From an uncultured Pseudomonadota bacterium (GTDB taxonomy: Bacteria > Myxococcota_A > Polyangia > Fen-1088), in assembly GCA_963737345.1 (NCBI GenBank), contig CAVTSM010000003.1, positions 1,113,616-1,177,615 of the forward strand: DNA of 64,000 nucleotides, in the 5' to 3' direction. Positions 63,792-64,000 of this stretch are shown one piece after another; within the stretch, counting starts at the first letter, position 1; each line of letters opens with the position of its first letter. Made by a program: the position numbers and the translations under genes. The notes under the pieces were generated by a model. It was given only the letters and a program-made list of their open reading frames with translations, searched no databases and was not told where the DNA came from.

Positions 63792-64000
63792 TCAGCTCTG
63801 GTGGGTGGCGACGATGCTGGTCTTGATGCCGCCGCGCACGTTGAACACCGCCTCGACGCGGGCCTGACGGGGCGTCACGGCGGCCACCAGGTCGTCCAGG
63901 ATCTGGTTGGTCACCGCCTCGTGGAAGCCCCCCTCGTCGCGGTACGACCAGAGATACAACTTCCAGGACTTCAGCTCGACGCACAGCTTGTCCGGCACGT
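63792..64000 (-). CDS. queF: NADPH-dependent 7-cyano-7-deazaguanine reductase (QueF), C-terminal part; 5' end off-window
   Basis: [43 protein letters not shown]...VFNVRGGI matches the QueF ELKS-x-K-x-YL...FHE signature. Confidence 0.8.
   Translation of the reverse strand, partial: VPDKLCVELKSWKLYLWSYRDEGGFHEAVTNQILDDLVAAVTPRQARVEAVFNVRGGIKTSIVATHQS

Overview
This is a GC-rich bacterial chromosomal window; G+C looks like roughly two-thirds or more by eye, not computed. The gene content suggests a myxobacterium-like (Myxococcota) or similar large-genome soil bacterium, which is an inference from content, not a search result. That content includes a futalosine-type menaquinone operon, a pel-type exopolysaccharide locus, a DUF1552/DUF1592-family pair, CSLREA/beta-helix secreted proteins, many lipoproteins, and ECF- and sigma-54-type signals.

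I saw no rRNA, CRISPR array, transposase, integrase or phage genes.

Genes in order:
- 1-4.5 kb: P-type ATPase (5' partial), a lipoprotein with three CxxCH motifs, a membrane protein, and tRNA-Leu.
- 4.7-10.8 kb: a split Zn-metallopeptidase, a CPBP protease, a TonB-like protein, lexA, and an ECF sigma/anti-sigma pair.
- 10.7-19.4 kb: a pel-like locus (pelG, F, E, D-like and B-like on the minus strand; a DUF2795 protein and a GH114/PelA-like hydrolase on the plus strand).
- 19.5-29.25 kb: a tightly overlapping menaquinone (futalosine) operon.
- 29.4-38.8 kb: a beta-helix protein, AlkB-like dioxygenase, NDH-2, a PRC-barrel protein, a VWA lipoprotein, a TonB_C/HEAT protein, a GH1 glucosidase, tRNA-Lys and tRNA-Arg.
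- 39.0-51.2 kb: exbB-exbB-exbD-exbD, a HEAT lipoprotein, three tandem CSLREA/beta-helix paralogues, and a PagL-like double-barrel outer-membrane protein.
- 51.6-57.8 kb: DUF1552, a DUF1592-family protein, a DUF1566 lipoprotein, and a PrcB-like lipoprotein with Cys-rich repeats.
- 57.9-64 kb: GST, a small HxH lipoprotein, a 5'-nucleotidase, a lipoprotein, a FadL-like porin, and queF (partial).

Most notable observations:
1. About 30 reading-frame breaks, essentially all of the one-extra-base type, lie between 5.5 and 29.25 kb. I found none from 29.4 to 64 kb.
2. The boundary at 29250/29251 coincides with a truncated relic of a beta-helix paralogue.
3. mqnA and mqnC read through in frame, and a radical-SAM-like paralogue lacks its Cys motif.
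4. The pel locus lacks pelC, a PelA deacetylase and a PelD GGDEF domain.
5. Two candidate uncharacterised envelope systems: ExbBBDD + HEAT lipoprotein + beta-helix array + outer-membrane barrel, and DUF1552/DUF1592/DUF1566 + PrcB/antistasin-like repeat protein.

All family names come from motif recognition and memory. No database search was run.
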